64,000 nucleotides of DNA from Elusimicrobiota bacterium (GTDB lineage: Bacteria > Elusimicrobiota > Elusimicrobia > UBA1565): positions 32,001-96,000 of the forward strand of contig JBDRPD010000066.1 of the NCBI GenBank assembly GCA_043827405.1. Direction: 5' to 3'. The position numbers were made by a program, and so were the translations under genes. The notes under the pieces are model-generated. The model made no database searches, was not told the origin of the DNA, and saw only the letters and a list, made by a program, of their open reading frames with translations. Below are positions 45,758 to 55,650 of the stretch, piece after piece. Each line of letters starts with the position of its first letter. The stretch's first letter is position 1.

Positions 45758-48700
45758 AGACCGAAGCTTCCAGGGTCTGCTCTGGACGCAGGCGCTCGGG
45801 GCGTTCAATGACAATGCCTTCAAGACGACGATCGCCCTGCTGGCTGTCGCATCGCTGCCTGCGGCACAAGCGAGCCGGCTCATCGCTCTGGCGGGGGCGT
45901 TGTTCGTCCTGCCGTTTATTCTGTTCTCCGGCGCGGCGGGCACTCTCGCCGACCGCTGCCGCAAGAACAAGCTTATCGTGCTCTTTAAGGCGGTCGAGCT
46001 TGCGCTGATGGGACTGACCTTCATCGCGCTCTATACCTGGAATATCCCTTTCCTGCTCGTCCTGCTGACTCTCATGGGGGCGCAAAGCGCGTTTTTCGGT
46101 CCGGTCAAGCTCGCGATCCTGCCGGAACTGCTCGACGATTGCGATCTCTCTCACGGCAACGGATTGATGCAGATGATGACGTTCGGCGGGATTCTGCTCG
46201 GTACGGTCGCGGCGGGCTTTCTTGTGCACGCGCTGCGGACGCGGATACATTGGGCGTCGCTGCTGTTCATCGTGGTCGCGGCCGCGGGTTTGGGCACGAG
46301 CCGCTGGGTCTCCGACGTCCCGGCGGCGGACGACGCGGCGCCGTTCCAGCTGAACTTTATCCGACAGGCCTGGCGTAATCTGCAGGATATTCACCAGCGC
46401 TACGGCGTCTATCTCGCATTGATGGGCACGGCATACTTTTGGTTTCTTGGCGCCATCTTCCAAATGAACATCCTCGTTTACGGAAAGGAATTGATGGGCG
46501 TCGGGGAGGCGACGCTGGGCGGCTTTCAGGTCCTGGTCGCCGTCGGGATCGGCGCCGGCAGCTGGCTGGCCGGACGCATGTCGCGCGGCCGCGTGGAGCT
46601 GGGATTGGTGCCGGCCGCCGCGCTGGGCCTCTGCCTCTTCTCGCTGGATCTCGCCTTCGCTTTTCGTTCGCAGATCCGGGCGTTGGCGGACTTGTTTATG
46701 CTGGGCGTCAGCGCCGGCGCCTTCGCCGTCCCCCTGCAGGCGTTTATTCAGCAGCGGAGCCCCAAGGGGGAGCGGGGGAAGTATATCGCCACCGGAAACG
46801 TGGTTTCTTTCACCGCCGTCCTGGCCGCGTCGGGCTGCCTGTGGGCCCTGACCGACATTTTCCGTTTGCATGCCGGACAGGTGTTTCTCGTGGTGGCGGC
46901 TATGACGCTGGCGGTGGCCGCCTACATTGTCTGGATGCTGCCCGACTTTTTTCTGCGTCTCATCCTCTATCCGATCGCGCATCTGCTCTATGCGCTCGAT
47001 GTGCGGGGCGGCAATCACGTCCCGATGCGCGGCCCAGCGCTCATCGTGGCGAACCATGTGTCGCATGTGGACCCCCTCTTTATCTCGGCCGCCACTCCGC
47101 GACTGATCCGCTTTCTCATGTACCGGGTCTACTATGACCTTCCGGTTGTGGGACAAATATTCCGCATGATGCGGTGCATCCCGATCGCGGGCAGCGACAG
47201 CCCCAAAGAGATGATGCGTTCGTTCGGTGCGGCGCGCCAAGCGCTTGAGAAGGGTGAACTCGTCGCTATTTTTGCGGAAGGCTCTATCACCCGTCACGGC
47301 CAGATGCTCGGTTTTAAAAAAGGCTTTGAGCGCATCGTCAAAGGGCTCGATGTCCCGGTGATCCCCGTGCATCTCGATCGCGTTTGGGGCAGCATCTTCA
47401 GCTACGAGCGCGGGCGTTTCCTGTTCAAGCGTCCCCGGCGGATCCCCTATCCGGTGACGGTCAGTTTCGGCGAGCCCATGCGCGGCATGGTCTCGGCGCA
47501 TGCCGTGCGGCAGAAAATACTGGAACTGGGGGCGGCGGCTTTCGGCTCGCGGCTGGCCGAACAGGCGCCGCTGCCGGCGGCTTTTGTGCGCGGCGCGAAA
47601 AAATACCCGCGGCGATTCGCGATGGCCGATAGTTCGGGCCAGACGCTTACCTTCGGCCAGGCGATGGTTCGGGCGCGGGTTTTGGGCCGGGCTATAGTCG
47701 ACGCTCTGCCGAATGGAAATGCCGTCGGCCTGCTGCTGCCGCCGTCGATCGGCGGGGCTTTGGCGAATCTCGGCGTAGCAATGGCGGGGAAGATCACGGT
47801 CAATTTGAACTATACGGCGTCGCCCGCGGTCGTCCGGCAATGCGCGGCGAAGGCGAAAGTCTCGGGCATTGTCACGTCGCGGAGGTTCCTGGAAAAGCTG
47901 GGATGGGATAAGACGGAGGATATGTATTTTATCGAGGATATCGCCGCCGGGATATCCAAGCTCGCCGCGGCGCTGACCGCCGCGGGCATGCGCCTGCTGC
48001 CGGCGTTCGCGGTCGAACGCCTGTATCTCGCCTCGCCGCGGCGGCCGCTTGAGTCGCCCGCCACCGTGATCTTCACCAGCGGCTCTACCGGTGAGCCGAA
48101 GGGCGTGCTGCTGTCGCATGCGAATATCCACGCCAATATCGAAGGCATGGCGCAGCTCTATCAAGTTACCGCTGAGGACCGGGTCATGGGCGCCCTTCCC
48201 TTCTTCCACTCGTTCGGCCACACCGTCACGCTTTGGTTTCCGCTCATTGCCGGCTTTGGCGCCGTCTATCACTTTAACCCGCTTGATTCCCAGCGCATCG
48301 GCGATATGATTCAGCGGTACCGGGCGACGTTCATGATGGGGACTCCGACCTTCCTCCTCGCATACCTGCGGCGCATCGACGCGGCAAAGCTCGCCAGCGT
48401 TCGCTACGTGATCGCGGGAGCGGAAAAGCTGCGGGAAGAAGTGGCGCGGGCCTTTGCCGAGAAATACAAGCTGCTGCCGCTCGAGGGCTACGGCTGCACC
48501 GAGCTCTCTCCCGTGACGTCGGTGAATATCCCCGACTTCCAAGCGAAGGGGCATCGCCAGCGAGGCCAGAAGCTGGGCACCATCGGACAGCCCCTTCCCG
48601 GAGTGCTGATCAAGATCGTCGATCCCGAAAGCGGGGAGGAGCGGCCCGTCGGCGAGGCCGGGCTCATGCTCGTCAAGGGACCCAATGTTATGCTGGGCTA

Positions 48701-49130
48701 CATCGATGACCCGGAGGCGACCGCGGAGGCGCTGCGCGACGGCTACTATGTCACCGGCGATATCGCCGCGATTGATGAGGACGGTTTTGTGCGCATCACC
48801 GACCGGCTCAGCCGTTTCAGCAAGATCGGCGGCGAGATGGTGCCGCATATCAGGATCGAAGAGGCGCTCCACGATCTGGCTGGGATCGTCGACCGGACCT
48901 TCGTGGTCACGGCGGTTCCGGATGAGAAGAGGGGCGAGCGCTTGGTGGTCTTGTGCAAAGACTTTCAGAAGACCGATGACCTGTGGCGCAAGCTCCGGGA
49001 CAGCGACCTGCCCCGGCTGTGGCTGCCCGCGCAGGATGCGTTCCATGCGGTCGATGAGATTCCCGTGCTGGGCTCCGGCAAGCTCGACCTGCGGAAGCTC
49101 AAAGCCCTGGCTCAGGAGTTCGCGTCATGA
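45726..49130 (+). CDS. aas: MFS (LplT-like) + acyltransferase + AMP-binding fusion (acyl-ACP:lysophospholipid acyltransferase)
   Basis: QALGAFNDNAFK MFS start, NHVSHVD acyltransferase motif, FTSGSTGEPKG, EGYGCTE, TGD, RFSKIGGEMV. Confidence 0.92.
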   Translation: MSEVQRPVGLKDRSFQGLLWTQALGAFNDNAFKTTIALLAVASLPAAQASRLIALAGALFVLPFILFSGAAGTLADRCRKNKLIVLFKAVELALMGLTFIALYTWNIPFLLVLLTLMGAQSAFFGPVKLAILPELLDDCDLSHGNGLMQMMTFGGILLGTVAAGFLVHALRTRIHWASLLFIVVAAAGLGTSRWVSDVPAADDAAPFQLNFIRQAWRNLQDIHQRYGVYLALMGTAYFWFLGAIFQMNILVYGKELMGVGEATLGGFQVLVAVGIGAGSWLAGRMSRGRVELGLVPAAALGLCLFSLDLAFAFRSQIRALADLFMLGVSAGAFAVPLQAFIQQRSPKGERGKYIATGNVVSFTAVLAASGCLWALTDIFRLHAGQVFLVVAAMTLAVAAYIVWMLPDFFLRLILYPIAHLLYALDVRGGNHVPMRGPALIVANHVSHVDPLFISAATPRLIRFLMYRVYYDLPVVGQIFRMMRCIPIAGSDSPKEMMRSFGAARQALEKGELVAIFAEGSITRHGQMLGFKKGFERIVKGLDVPVIPVHLDRVWGSIFSYERGRFLFKRPRRIPYPVTVSFGEPMRGMVSAHAVRQKILELGAAAFGSRLAEQAPLPAAFVRGAKKYPRRFAMADSSGQTLTFGQAMVRARVLGRAIVDALPNGNAVGLLLPPSIGGALANLGVAMAGKITVNLNYTASPAVVRQCAAKAKVSGIVTSRRFLEKLGWDKTEDMYFIEDIAAGISKLAAALTAAGMRLLPAFAVERLYLASPRRPLESPATVIFTSGSTGEPKGVLLSHANIHANIEGMAQLYQVTAEDRVMGALPFFHSFGHTVTLWFPLIAGFGAVYHFNPLDSQRIGDMIQRYRATFMMGTPTFLLAYLRRIDAAKLASVRYVIAGAEKLREEVARAFAEKYKLLPLEGYGCTELSPVTSVNIPDFQAKGHRQRGQKLGTIGQPLPGVLIKIVDPESGEERPVGEAGLMLVKGPNVMLGYIDDPEATAEALRDGYYVTGDIAAIDEDGFVRITDRLSRFSKIGGEMVPHIRIEEALHDLAGIVDRTFVVTAVPDEKRGERLVVLCKDFQKTDDLWRKLRDSDLPRLWLPAQDAFHAVDEIPVLGSGKLDLRKLKALAQEFAS

Positions 49131-50077
49131 AAACCGTCGATGTCCATGTCCATCTCGCCGCGTTTCCGACTCCGGACAACGGCTGCCGGCTGTCCAGAAG
49201 GATGCGCACCGGTCCGCTGGCGCGCTTGATCGCGTTTGTCCAGAACCTGCCGCTTGACGATCCGGAGAAGGCGAACCGGCGCTACCTGGACTGTCTCGAA
49301 CAGGAGCTGCGGGCTTCGGAGGAGGTCGAACGCGCCGTGCTGCTGGCGATGGACGGGGTGTATGACGCCAAAGGAAAGCTGGATGAAAAGCGCACGAACT
49401 TTCTCATCTCCAACGATTATCTTTTCGCCGTGACCGCCGCCCGGCCCTGCTTCCTCCCCGGGGCTTCGGTGAATCCCATGCGCGCGGATGCGCTCGATGA
49501 GATCGACCGCTGTGCGGATAAGGGGGCGGTGCTGATTAAGACGCTGGCGAACGCTCAAGTCTTTAACCCGGCGGACAGCCGCTTTACGCCTTATTTCCGC
49601 CGGCTCGCCAAGCGCGGACTGCCGTTTTTGAGCCATGTCGGCTTCGAGTTCAGCCTGATCGGGCACGACCAGAGCGTCGGCGACGTCGATCGCCTGATCC
49701 CCGCTTTGGAGGAGGGGGTGACCGTGATCGCGGCGCATGGCTGCAGCAGCGGCTTGGTCTTATTGGAAAAGCACTTCCGGACGATGTGCGCGCTGGTGCG
49801 CCGCTACCCGAACTTCTACGTTGATCTCTCGGCGCTCACTCTGCCCAATCGCGTGGGCGCACTGATGCGCATCCGGCGGCGCCCCGAGCTTTTCGACCGC
49901 CTGCTCTTCGGCACGGATTATCCGCTGCCGGTCTTTTCCTATCCCGCGCTGGTGGGCGGGGGATATCTGCACGCGCGCGCGGCGGGGAATCGCTTTGACC
50001 GGCAGGCTCGCGTTCTAAGGTCTCTCGGACTTCCTGTCGACAATATCCTGCCGTCCCTTCAGCAATACGTCCTTTAA
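49127..50077 (+). CDS. Amidohydrolase family 2 protein
   Basis: DVHVH, SHVG, IAAHG, LFGTDYP. Confidence 0.88.
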   Translation: MKTVDVHVHLAAFPTPDNGCRLSRRMRTGPLARLIAFVQNLPLDDPEKANRRYLDCLEQELRASEEVERAVLLAMDGVYDAKGKLDEKRTNFLISNDYLFAVTAARPCFLPGASVNPMRADALDEIDRCADKGAVLIKTLANAQVFNPADSRFTPYFRRLAKRGLPFLSHVGFEFSLIGHDQSVGDVDRLIPALEEGVTVIAAHGCSSGLVLLEKHFRTMCALVRRYPNFYVDLSALTLPNRVGALMRIRRRPELFDRLLFGTDYPLPVFSYPALVGGGYLHARAAGNRFDRQARVLRSLGLPVDNILPSLQQYVL

Positions 50078-50097
50078 CGATTGTCCTACTCGGGTTT

Positions 50098-50134
50098 GGG
50101 TCGAATAACGCCGTAAAAATAGGCCTTTAGACTC
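50098..50134 (+). promoter_or_regulatory. Palindromic boxes with 23-bp period upstream of the MscS-like gene
   Basis: GGGTCGAATAACGC (50098), AGGCCTTTAGACTC (50121), possible half box near 50083; TAGAAT at 50158. Confidence 0.45.
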
Positions 50135-50170
50135 ACCGGCATCGCGGGCGCCATAAGTAGAATGGTAGCT

Positions 50171-51970
50171 ATGAGAAAACCGATTTCGCTTGTCCTATGC
50201 GCCGCAGTTTTTCATCTCTCCTTAGGGCCCGGGACGGCGCAAGCTGCCGTTGCGGTAGCGGCCTCGATCAAGGCCGCCTCCGTCAGCGGGAGCGCAGGTG
50301 CGGTCGGAGCTTCCTTGAACCTTCCCGTGCCGCATAACCTGCTTGGGACCGGGGCGGGGGGGATAAAACTGGATATCGGCTCCACGCTGTACCGTCCGGA
50401 AGCTGTCGCGGCGGTCAATGGCATAAAATCGTTGCGGATAATGACCCCCGCCAAGGCGGTTTCGTCGGTGCGTGAGATGGCGGGACGAAGCGCCGCCGGC
50501 AAGATGCCTGAGGTTTCGGTGCGCGGCACGCTCGCAACAATGGGATCTGCCGTTCAACAGCAGGATGGAGCGCGGCCGTCGGGCACCTCCGCCAAGATGC
50601 AGTTGGATAAGCTGTGGGACTTTTCCCGGCGCCGCGATAATACCTCGCCGGTCAGCGCCGGCAAGGGCTGGATGCAAAGAGGCTTCTCCTCTCTCGAGAT
50701 GAAGAAAGGCGAGACGGATGCGGATTTGACTTTCAGCGCGGCCGCCAAGAAGAAAGCTCCCCAGGTTTACGAAAAGAAGCCGGGACAGCTGCGGCGCATG
50801 CTTGTGCTTCCGGCGGCTATGGCGGCAATTGCCGGCCTGCCCAAGCTGTTGAATTTGATACTTGATCATCCCGCGCTGCAGGCCCATATCGGCCGGTTTC
50901 TGACGGTCATGACGGCTATGCCGGGATGGCTGCAGACGGGACTGACCCTCGGCACCGGCTTCGGCGCGGCCTGGGTTTTGCCCAAGCTGGTGCGCGCGGT
51001 CGGTAAATGGCTGTTTAACCAAGTGGATTGGGACGAGCTGCGTGAATCCTATCTCGTGAACCTCGCCTCGGCCGCCGCTTGGCTAGGCGCTATCAGCTTC
51101 GCTGTCTATACGCTTGGCGGCTTCGCCGCCCTCGGCGTCAATGCCGGTTTATTCGCGGCCACCATGGCTCTCGCCAACCAGGATTTGGCGAAGAACCTCG
51201 CGTCGGGTCTTCAGCTCTACCGCAACCGCGAGTTCGAGTTCGACTTCGATGATGAGATCACGCTATGGGGCGAGAAGGGGCGGCTGGAGTCGATCAATAT
51301 CCGCTTCCTGACTCTGGACACGAGCATGAATCCCGACGCGGCGTACAACAGCGTTATGATGGCTAATGAAAAGGTCCGCGGTCTTGGCCTTACCAATCAC
51401 AGCAAGGTCGGCAGCAAGGTCGGGCTGCTCGCGGCGGCGGCGCTGCCATTGGCGGCGCTCGCTCCTTTCTTCCCGTATCTCGCCATCGCCGGGCTGTGGC
51501 TGGCCGGCGGTCTGTCCAAGGAGTGGGCACAGAGCATCCAGCTGAAAGCGGAAAAGGCCCTGCCCGATCGCGAGCGCTACAAGAAGCTGCGCGCTCGTTC
51601 GCGGCTGGTCGGCTGGGGCGCCAACGCTTCCTACGTTGCCGGCCTTGGCTATATCCTGAAGCTGCTCGGAGTGTCCGTCTCGGGTGTTACCTCCGTCGTC
51701 GGCATCCTGTCGGCAGCGGCCGGCTTCTGGACCAAGGAGATTGCCGACGACCTCGTGGCCGGTCTGATGATCGCCGTTTGGAGACCCTTCGGCAAGGGAG
51801 AGGTCGTCCAGATCGGTAAACATCCGCGGGGCATGGTCGAGACCATTACTCCGCGGACCATCCGCCTGCGTCTCGATGACGGCTCGGCGCACTTCGTCCC
51901 GTTGGCGGATTTGATGAAGGAAAAAATCCTGATTGGGCTTAAGCCTGTCTCAGTCGCGAACGCTGGCTAG
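50171..51970 (+). CDS. Membrane protein with two MscS-like modules and a signal peptide/low-complexity leader
   Basis: ANQDLAKNLASGL..GRLESINIRFL and KEIADDLVAGL..PFGKGEVV..GMVETITPRTI; start 50171 or 50162. Confidence 0.75.
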   Translation: MRKPISLVLCAAVFHLSLGPGTAQAAVAVAASIKAASVSGSAGAVGASLNLPVPHNLLGTGAGGIKLDIGSTLYRPEAVAAVNGIKSLRIMTPAKAVSSVREMAGRSAAGKMPEVSVRGTLATMGSAVQQQDGARPSGTSAKMQLDKLWDFSRRRDNTSPVSAGKGWMQRGFSSLEMKKGETDADLTFSAAAKKKAPQVYEKKPGQLRRMLVLPAAMAAIAGLPKLLNLILDHPALQAHIGRFLTVMTAMPGWLQTGLTLGTGFGAAWVLPKLVRAVGKWLFNQVDWDELRESYLVNLASAAAWLGAISFAVYTLGGFAALGVNAGLFAATMALANQDLAKNLASGLQLYRNREFEFDFDDEITLWGEKGRLESINIRFLTLDTSMNPDAAYNSVMMANEKVRGLGLTNHSKVGSKVGLLAAAALPLAALAPFFPYLAIAGLWLAGGLSKEWAQSIQLKAEKALPDRERYKKLRARSRLVGWGANASYVAGLGYILKLLGVSVSGVTSVVGILSAAAGFWTKEIADDLVAGLMIAVWRPFGKGEVVQIGKHPRGMVETITPRTIRLRLDDGSAHFVPLADLMKEKILIGLKPVSVANAG

Positions 51971-52028
51971 AGCGTTTTGCCTGGGGCGGTTCGGTAGAAA
52001 TCCATATAATTGCTGTATAAAATGCGTA

Positions 52029-52042
52029 TTGATCGACATCAA
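52029..52042 (+). promoter_or_regulatory. FNR/CRP-family box at a class II activator position upstream of PFOR
   Basis: Perfect TTGAT-CGAC-ATCAA; extended -10 TGCTATTAT at 52062-52070. Confidence 0.85.
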
Positions 52043-52077
52043 TAGCCGCTGGCAGGAATATTGCTATTATTTTCGTT

Positions 52078-55000
52078 ATGAAAACGAAAACTATGAATAA
52101 AACCAATATGCTTACTAAGCCGATGGACGCCAACGAGGCGGCGGCGAATGTCGCCTACTCTTTGAGTCAAGTCATAGCGATTTATCCGATTACGCCGGCC
52201 ACCCCTATGGGCGAGTTGTCCGACGCCTGGGCCGCTGCCGGCCGCCCAAACATTTGGGATACCGTGCCTCAGGTTATAGAGATGCAGGCCGAAGGCGGCG
52301 CCGCCGGCGCCGTACACGGCTCGCTGACGGCGGGCGCTTCAACAACGACCTTTACGGCGTCGCAGGGCCTTCTCCTCATGATGCCGAACATGTATAAGCT
52401 CGCCGGCGAGTTGACGCCCTGCGTCATTCACGTGGCCGCGCGCTCCGTCGCCACTCAGGCGTTGTCTATTTTCGGCGACCACAGCGACGTCATGGCGGCG
52501 CGGCAGACCGGCTTCGCCATGCTGTGCTCGAACTCGGTGCAGGAAGCGCACGACTGCGCCATGCTCTCACATGCGGCGACGCTCGAAACGCGGGTGCCCT
52601 TTCTGCACTTCTTCGACGGCTTTCGCACCTCGCATGAGATTCAGAAGGTCGCGGTGCTCGGCACGGAAGAGATGAAGGCGATGATCGACCAGAAGGCGCT
52701 GCTCGCGTTCCGCAAGCTGGGCCTTGATCCGGAGCGGCCGTCGATGCGGGGTACGGCGCAGAACCCGGACGTCTTCTTCCAGTCGCGCGAGGCGATCAAC
52801 CCTTTCTATCTCGCTTGCGCCGATACCGTGCAGAAGGTTATGGATCGTTTCGCGGCGCAGACGGGACGCGCCTATAAGCTGTTTGACTACGTCGGAGCGC
52901 CCGACGCCGAGCGCGTCATCGTCATGATGGGCTCCGGCTGCGGCGCCGCCGAGGAAGCCGTCGAGCACCTCGTGAAGAAAGGAGAGAAGGTCGGCCTGGT
53001 GAAGGTCCGGCTGTACCGGCCCTTCTCCTCCAAGCATTTGGTCGAGGCGCTTCCCGCTGGTGTAAAGCGGGTCGCCGTTCTTGACCGCACCAAGGAGCCG
53101 GGCGGCGTCGGCGAGCCGCTCTTCCTCGACGTGGTCGGCGCTTTGGACGATCAGGCGAACGCGGTGTTTAAGAAGTTTAAGGACGGCGCGCCCAAGATCA
53201 GCGGCGGGCGCTACGGCCTGTCGTCGAAGGAGTTCTCGCCGGCGATGGTCAAGGGGATCTTCGACGAGCTGTCGAAGGACGCGCCGAAGAAGCACTTCAC
53301 CGTCGGCATCAACGACGACGTGACCAAGCTGTCGCTTAAGTGGGATCCCGCGTTCAATACTGAGCATAAGGATACCTATCGCGCGCTGTTCTACGGCTTG
53401 GGCTCGGACGGGACCGTCGGTGCCAACAAGAACAGCATCAAAATGATCGCCGAAGGGACCAACCTGAACACGCAGGGCTACTTCGTCTACGACTCCAAGA
53501 AGTCCGGCTCGAAGACGACCTCGCACCTGCGCTTCGGCCCCCATCCCATAAGCTCGACCTACCTGATTACTCAGGCGAACTTCATCGCCTGCCACCAGGA
53601 GCTGTTTCTGAACTCCGTGCCGATGATCGAGCGCGCCGCCCAGGGCGCGACCTTCCTGCTCAACTCCACGGTTCCAGCCGACAAGGTTTGGGACAGCCTG
53701 CCGAAGAATGTCCAGCAGGGGCTCATCGAGAAGAAGATGAAGTTCTATGTTGTCGATGCCTATAAAGTCGCGCGCGAAGCCGGTCTAGGCGGTCTCACCA
53801 ATACCGTCATGCAGACCTGCTTCTTTGAGCTCGTCGATCTCCTCCCGGATGCGATCAAGGCGATCAAGGATGCGATCGAGAAGACCTACGGCAAGAAGAG
53901 CAGCGAGGTCGTTAAGAAGAACTTCGCCGCCGTTGATCAGGCGATCGCCAATATGACCGAAGTGAAGGTGCCGGAGAAGGTGACCTCGGAGCTCGTGCCC
54001 GAGCCGCCGATCCCCGAGGAGGCCCCGGACTTCGTCAAAAAGGTGACGGGCGAGATCGTCGCCGGCCGCGGCGATCTGCTGCCGGTCAGCGCCTTCCCCG
54101 TGGACGGCACCTATCCGACCGGGACGACCAAGTGGGAGAAGCGGAACCTCGCCATGGAGATCCCGATCTGGGATAAGGCGCTCTGCATTCAGTGCAATAA
54201 GTGCTCCATGGTATGTCCGCATGCCGCGATCCGGGTCAAGGCGTATCCGAAAGACGCCCTCAAGGGGGCGCCGGAAGGCTATAAGAGCGTCGACTGGCGC
54301 GGCAAGGAGTTTCCGCAGGGGACGCAGTATACCGTCCAGGTCGCGCCCGAGGACTGCACGGGCTGCGGCGTCTGCGTCGAAGTATGCCCGGCCAAGAACA
54401 AGAAGGAAGAGGGCCGCAAGGCGATCAATATGGAAGAGCAGAAGCCGCATCGGGATCAGGAGGCCGGCTGGTTCAAGTTCTTCCTGGATCGGCCTGAAGC
54501 CGACCGCTCGCTGGTCCCGGTCGGAACCGTGAAGGGTTCGCAGCTGCTGCAGCCCTTGTTCGAGTTCTCGGGCGCTTGCGCCGGCTGCGGCGAGACCCCT
54601 TACCTCAAGCTGCTGACTCAGCTCTACGGCGACCGACTCGCCGTCGCCAACGCGACGGGCTGCTCCTCGATCTACGGCGGCAACCTGCCGACGACACCAT
54701 GGGCGGACGGCAAGGACGGACGCGGGCCGGCCTGGTCGAACTCGCTGTTCGAGGATAACGCCGAGTTCGGGTTGGGCTTTCGTCTGGCCTACTCCAACAA
54801 AAAGCGTTACGCTGAGGGCTTGATCGAACGCCATAAGGGAGAGCTTCCCGGCGACCTCGCGAAGGGGCTGCTTGAAGCAACGCAGCGCTCCGAGGCCGAC
54901 ATCGTGGCCCAGCGCAAGCGCGTCAAGGAACTCAAGGACAAGCTGAAGAGCAGCAAGGAAGTTTGGGCCCAGGAGCTGGTCTCAGTCTCCGACAGCCTGA

Positions 55001-55647
55001 TCCGCAAGAGCGTCTGGGCCGTGGGCGGCGACGGTTGGGCCTACGATATCGGCTACGGCGGGCTCGATCATGTCATCGCTTCGGGCGAGGACATCAACAT
55101 CCTCGTCCTAGATACCGAGTGCTACGCCAATACCGGCGGGCAGGCCTCGAAGGCCACGCCGCGCGCGGCGGTCGCCAAGTTCGCCTCGGCCGGTAAGAAG
55201 CTGGCGCGCAAGGACCTGACCTGGGCCGCCATGGGATACGGCACCGTTTACGTCGCCCGCGTCGCGATGGGAGCGAACGATACCCAGACCGTTAAAGCCT
55301 TTGTCGAGGCCGAGTCCTATCCGGGGCCGTCCTTGATTGTGGCCTACAGCCACTGCATCGAGCACGGCTTCCCGATGTCGCAGGGAATGCAGCAGCAGAA
55401 GCTCGCGGTCGACAGCGGCTACTGGCCGCTGTTCCGCTATGACCCCAGGCTCGCGGACGAGGGCAAGAACCCGCTGCAGCTGGATTCGAAGAAGGCGAAG
55501 ATCCCGCTCATAGACTACGTCTACACCGAGTCGCGCTATAAGCGGCTGACGAAGGACCATCCCGACGAGGCCAAGCGTCTGCTCGAGCTGGCGCAGCAGG
55601 ATGTCGACAAGCGCTGGAAAATGATCGAGGAACTCGCCCAGAAATAA
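52078..55647 (+). CDS. nifJ: Pyruvate:ferredoxin/flavodoxin oxidoreductase (homodimeric)
   Basis: YPITP, TTFTASQGLLLM, two CxxCxxCxxxCP motifs, GACAGCGE, GGDGWAYDIG. Confidence 0.98.
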   Translation: MKTKTMNKTNMLTKPMDANEAAANVAYSLSQVIAIYPITPATPMGELSDAWAAAGRPNIWDTVPQVIEMQAEGGAAGAVHGSLTAGASTTTFTASQGLLLMMPNMYKLAGELTPCVIHVAARSVATQALSIFGDHSDVMAARQTGFAMLCSNSVQEAHDCAMLSHAATLETRVPFLHFFDGFRTSHEIQKVAVLGTEEMKAMIDQKALLAFRKLGLDPERPSMRGTAQNPDVFFQSREAINPFYLACADTVQKVMDRFAAQTGRAYKLFDYVGAPDAERVIVMMGSGCGAAEEAVEHLVKKGEKVGLVKVRLYRPFSSKHLVEALPAGVKRVAVLDRTKEPGGVGEPLFLDVVGALDDQANAVFKKFKDGAPKISGGRYGLSSKEFSPAMVKGIFDELSKDAPKKHFTVGINDDVTKLSLKWDPAFNTEHKDTYRALFYGLGSDGTVGANKNSIKMIAEGTNLNTQGYFVYDSKKSGSKTTSHLRFGPHPISSTYLITQANFIACHQELFLNSVPMIERAAQGATFLLNSTVPADKVWDSLPKNVQQGLIEKKMKFYVVDAYKVAREAGLGGLTNTVMQTCFFELVDLLPDAIKAIKDAIEKTYGKKSSEVVKKNFAAVDQAIANMTEVKVPEKVTSELVPEPPIPEEAPDFVKKVTGEIVAGRGDLLPVSAFPVDGTYPTGTTKWEKRNLAMEIPIWDKALCIQCNKCSMVCPHAAIRVKAYPKDALKGAPEGYKSVDWRGKEFPQGTQYTVQVAPEDCTGCGVCVEVCPAKNKKEEGRKAINMEEQKPHRDQEAGWFKFFLDRPEADRSLVPVGTVKGSQLLQPLFEFSGACAGCGETPYLKLLTQLYGDRLAVANATGCSSIYGGNLPTTPWADGKDGRGPAWSNSLFEDNAEFGLGFRLAYSNKKRYAEGLIERHKGELPGDLAKGLLEATQRSEADIVAQRKRVKELKDKLKSSKEVWAQELVSVSDSLIRKSVWAVGGDGWAYDIGYGGLDHVIASGEDINILVLDTECYANTGGQASKATPRAAVAKFASAGKKLARKDLTWAAMGYGTVYVARVAMGANDTQTVKAFVEAESYPGPSLIVAYSHCIEHGFPMSQGMQQQKLAVDSGYWPLFRYDPRLADEGKNPLQLDSKKAKIPLIDYVYTESRYKRLTKDHPDEAKRLLELAQQDVDKRWKMIEELAQK

Positions 55648-55650
55648 CGA

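Noticed and set aside
45663..49046. 1127-aa antisense ORF opposite aas (likewise 897-1973, 8278-9453, 28436-29470, 52567-54834, 57029-58240 and others)
   Set aside because: Shadow ORFs from high-GC codon bias of the real genes; no motifs and unnatural composition
45726..49130. MFS-acyltransferase-synthetase triple fusion as a novelty
   Set aside because: Known LplT-Aas fusion architecture in many bacteria
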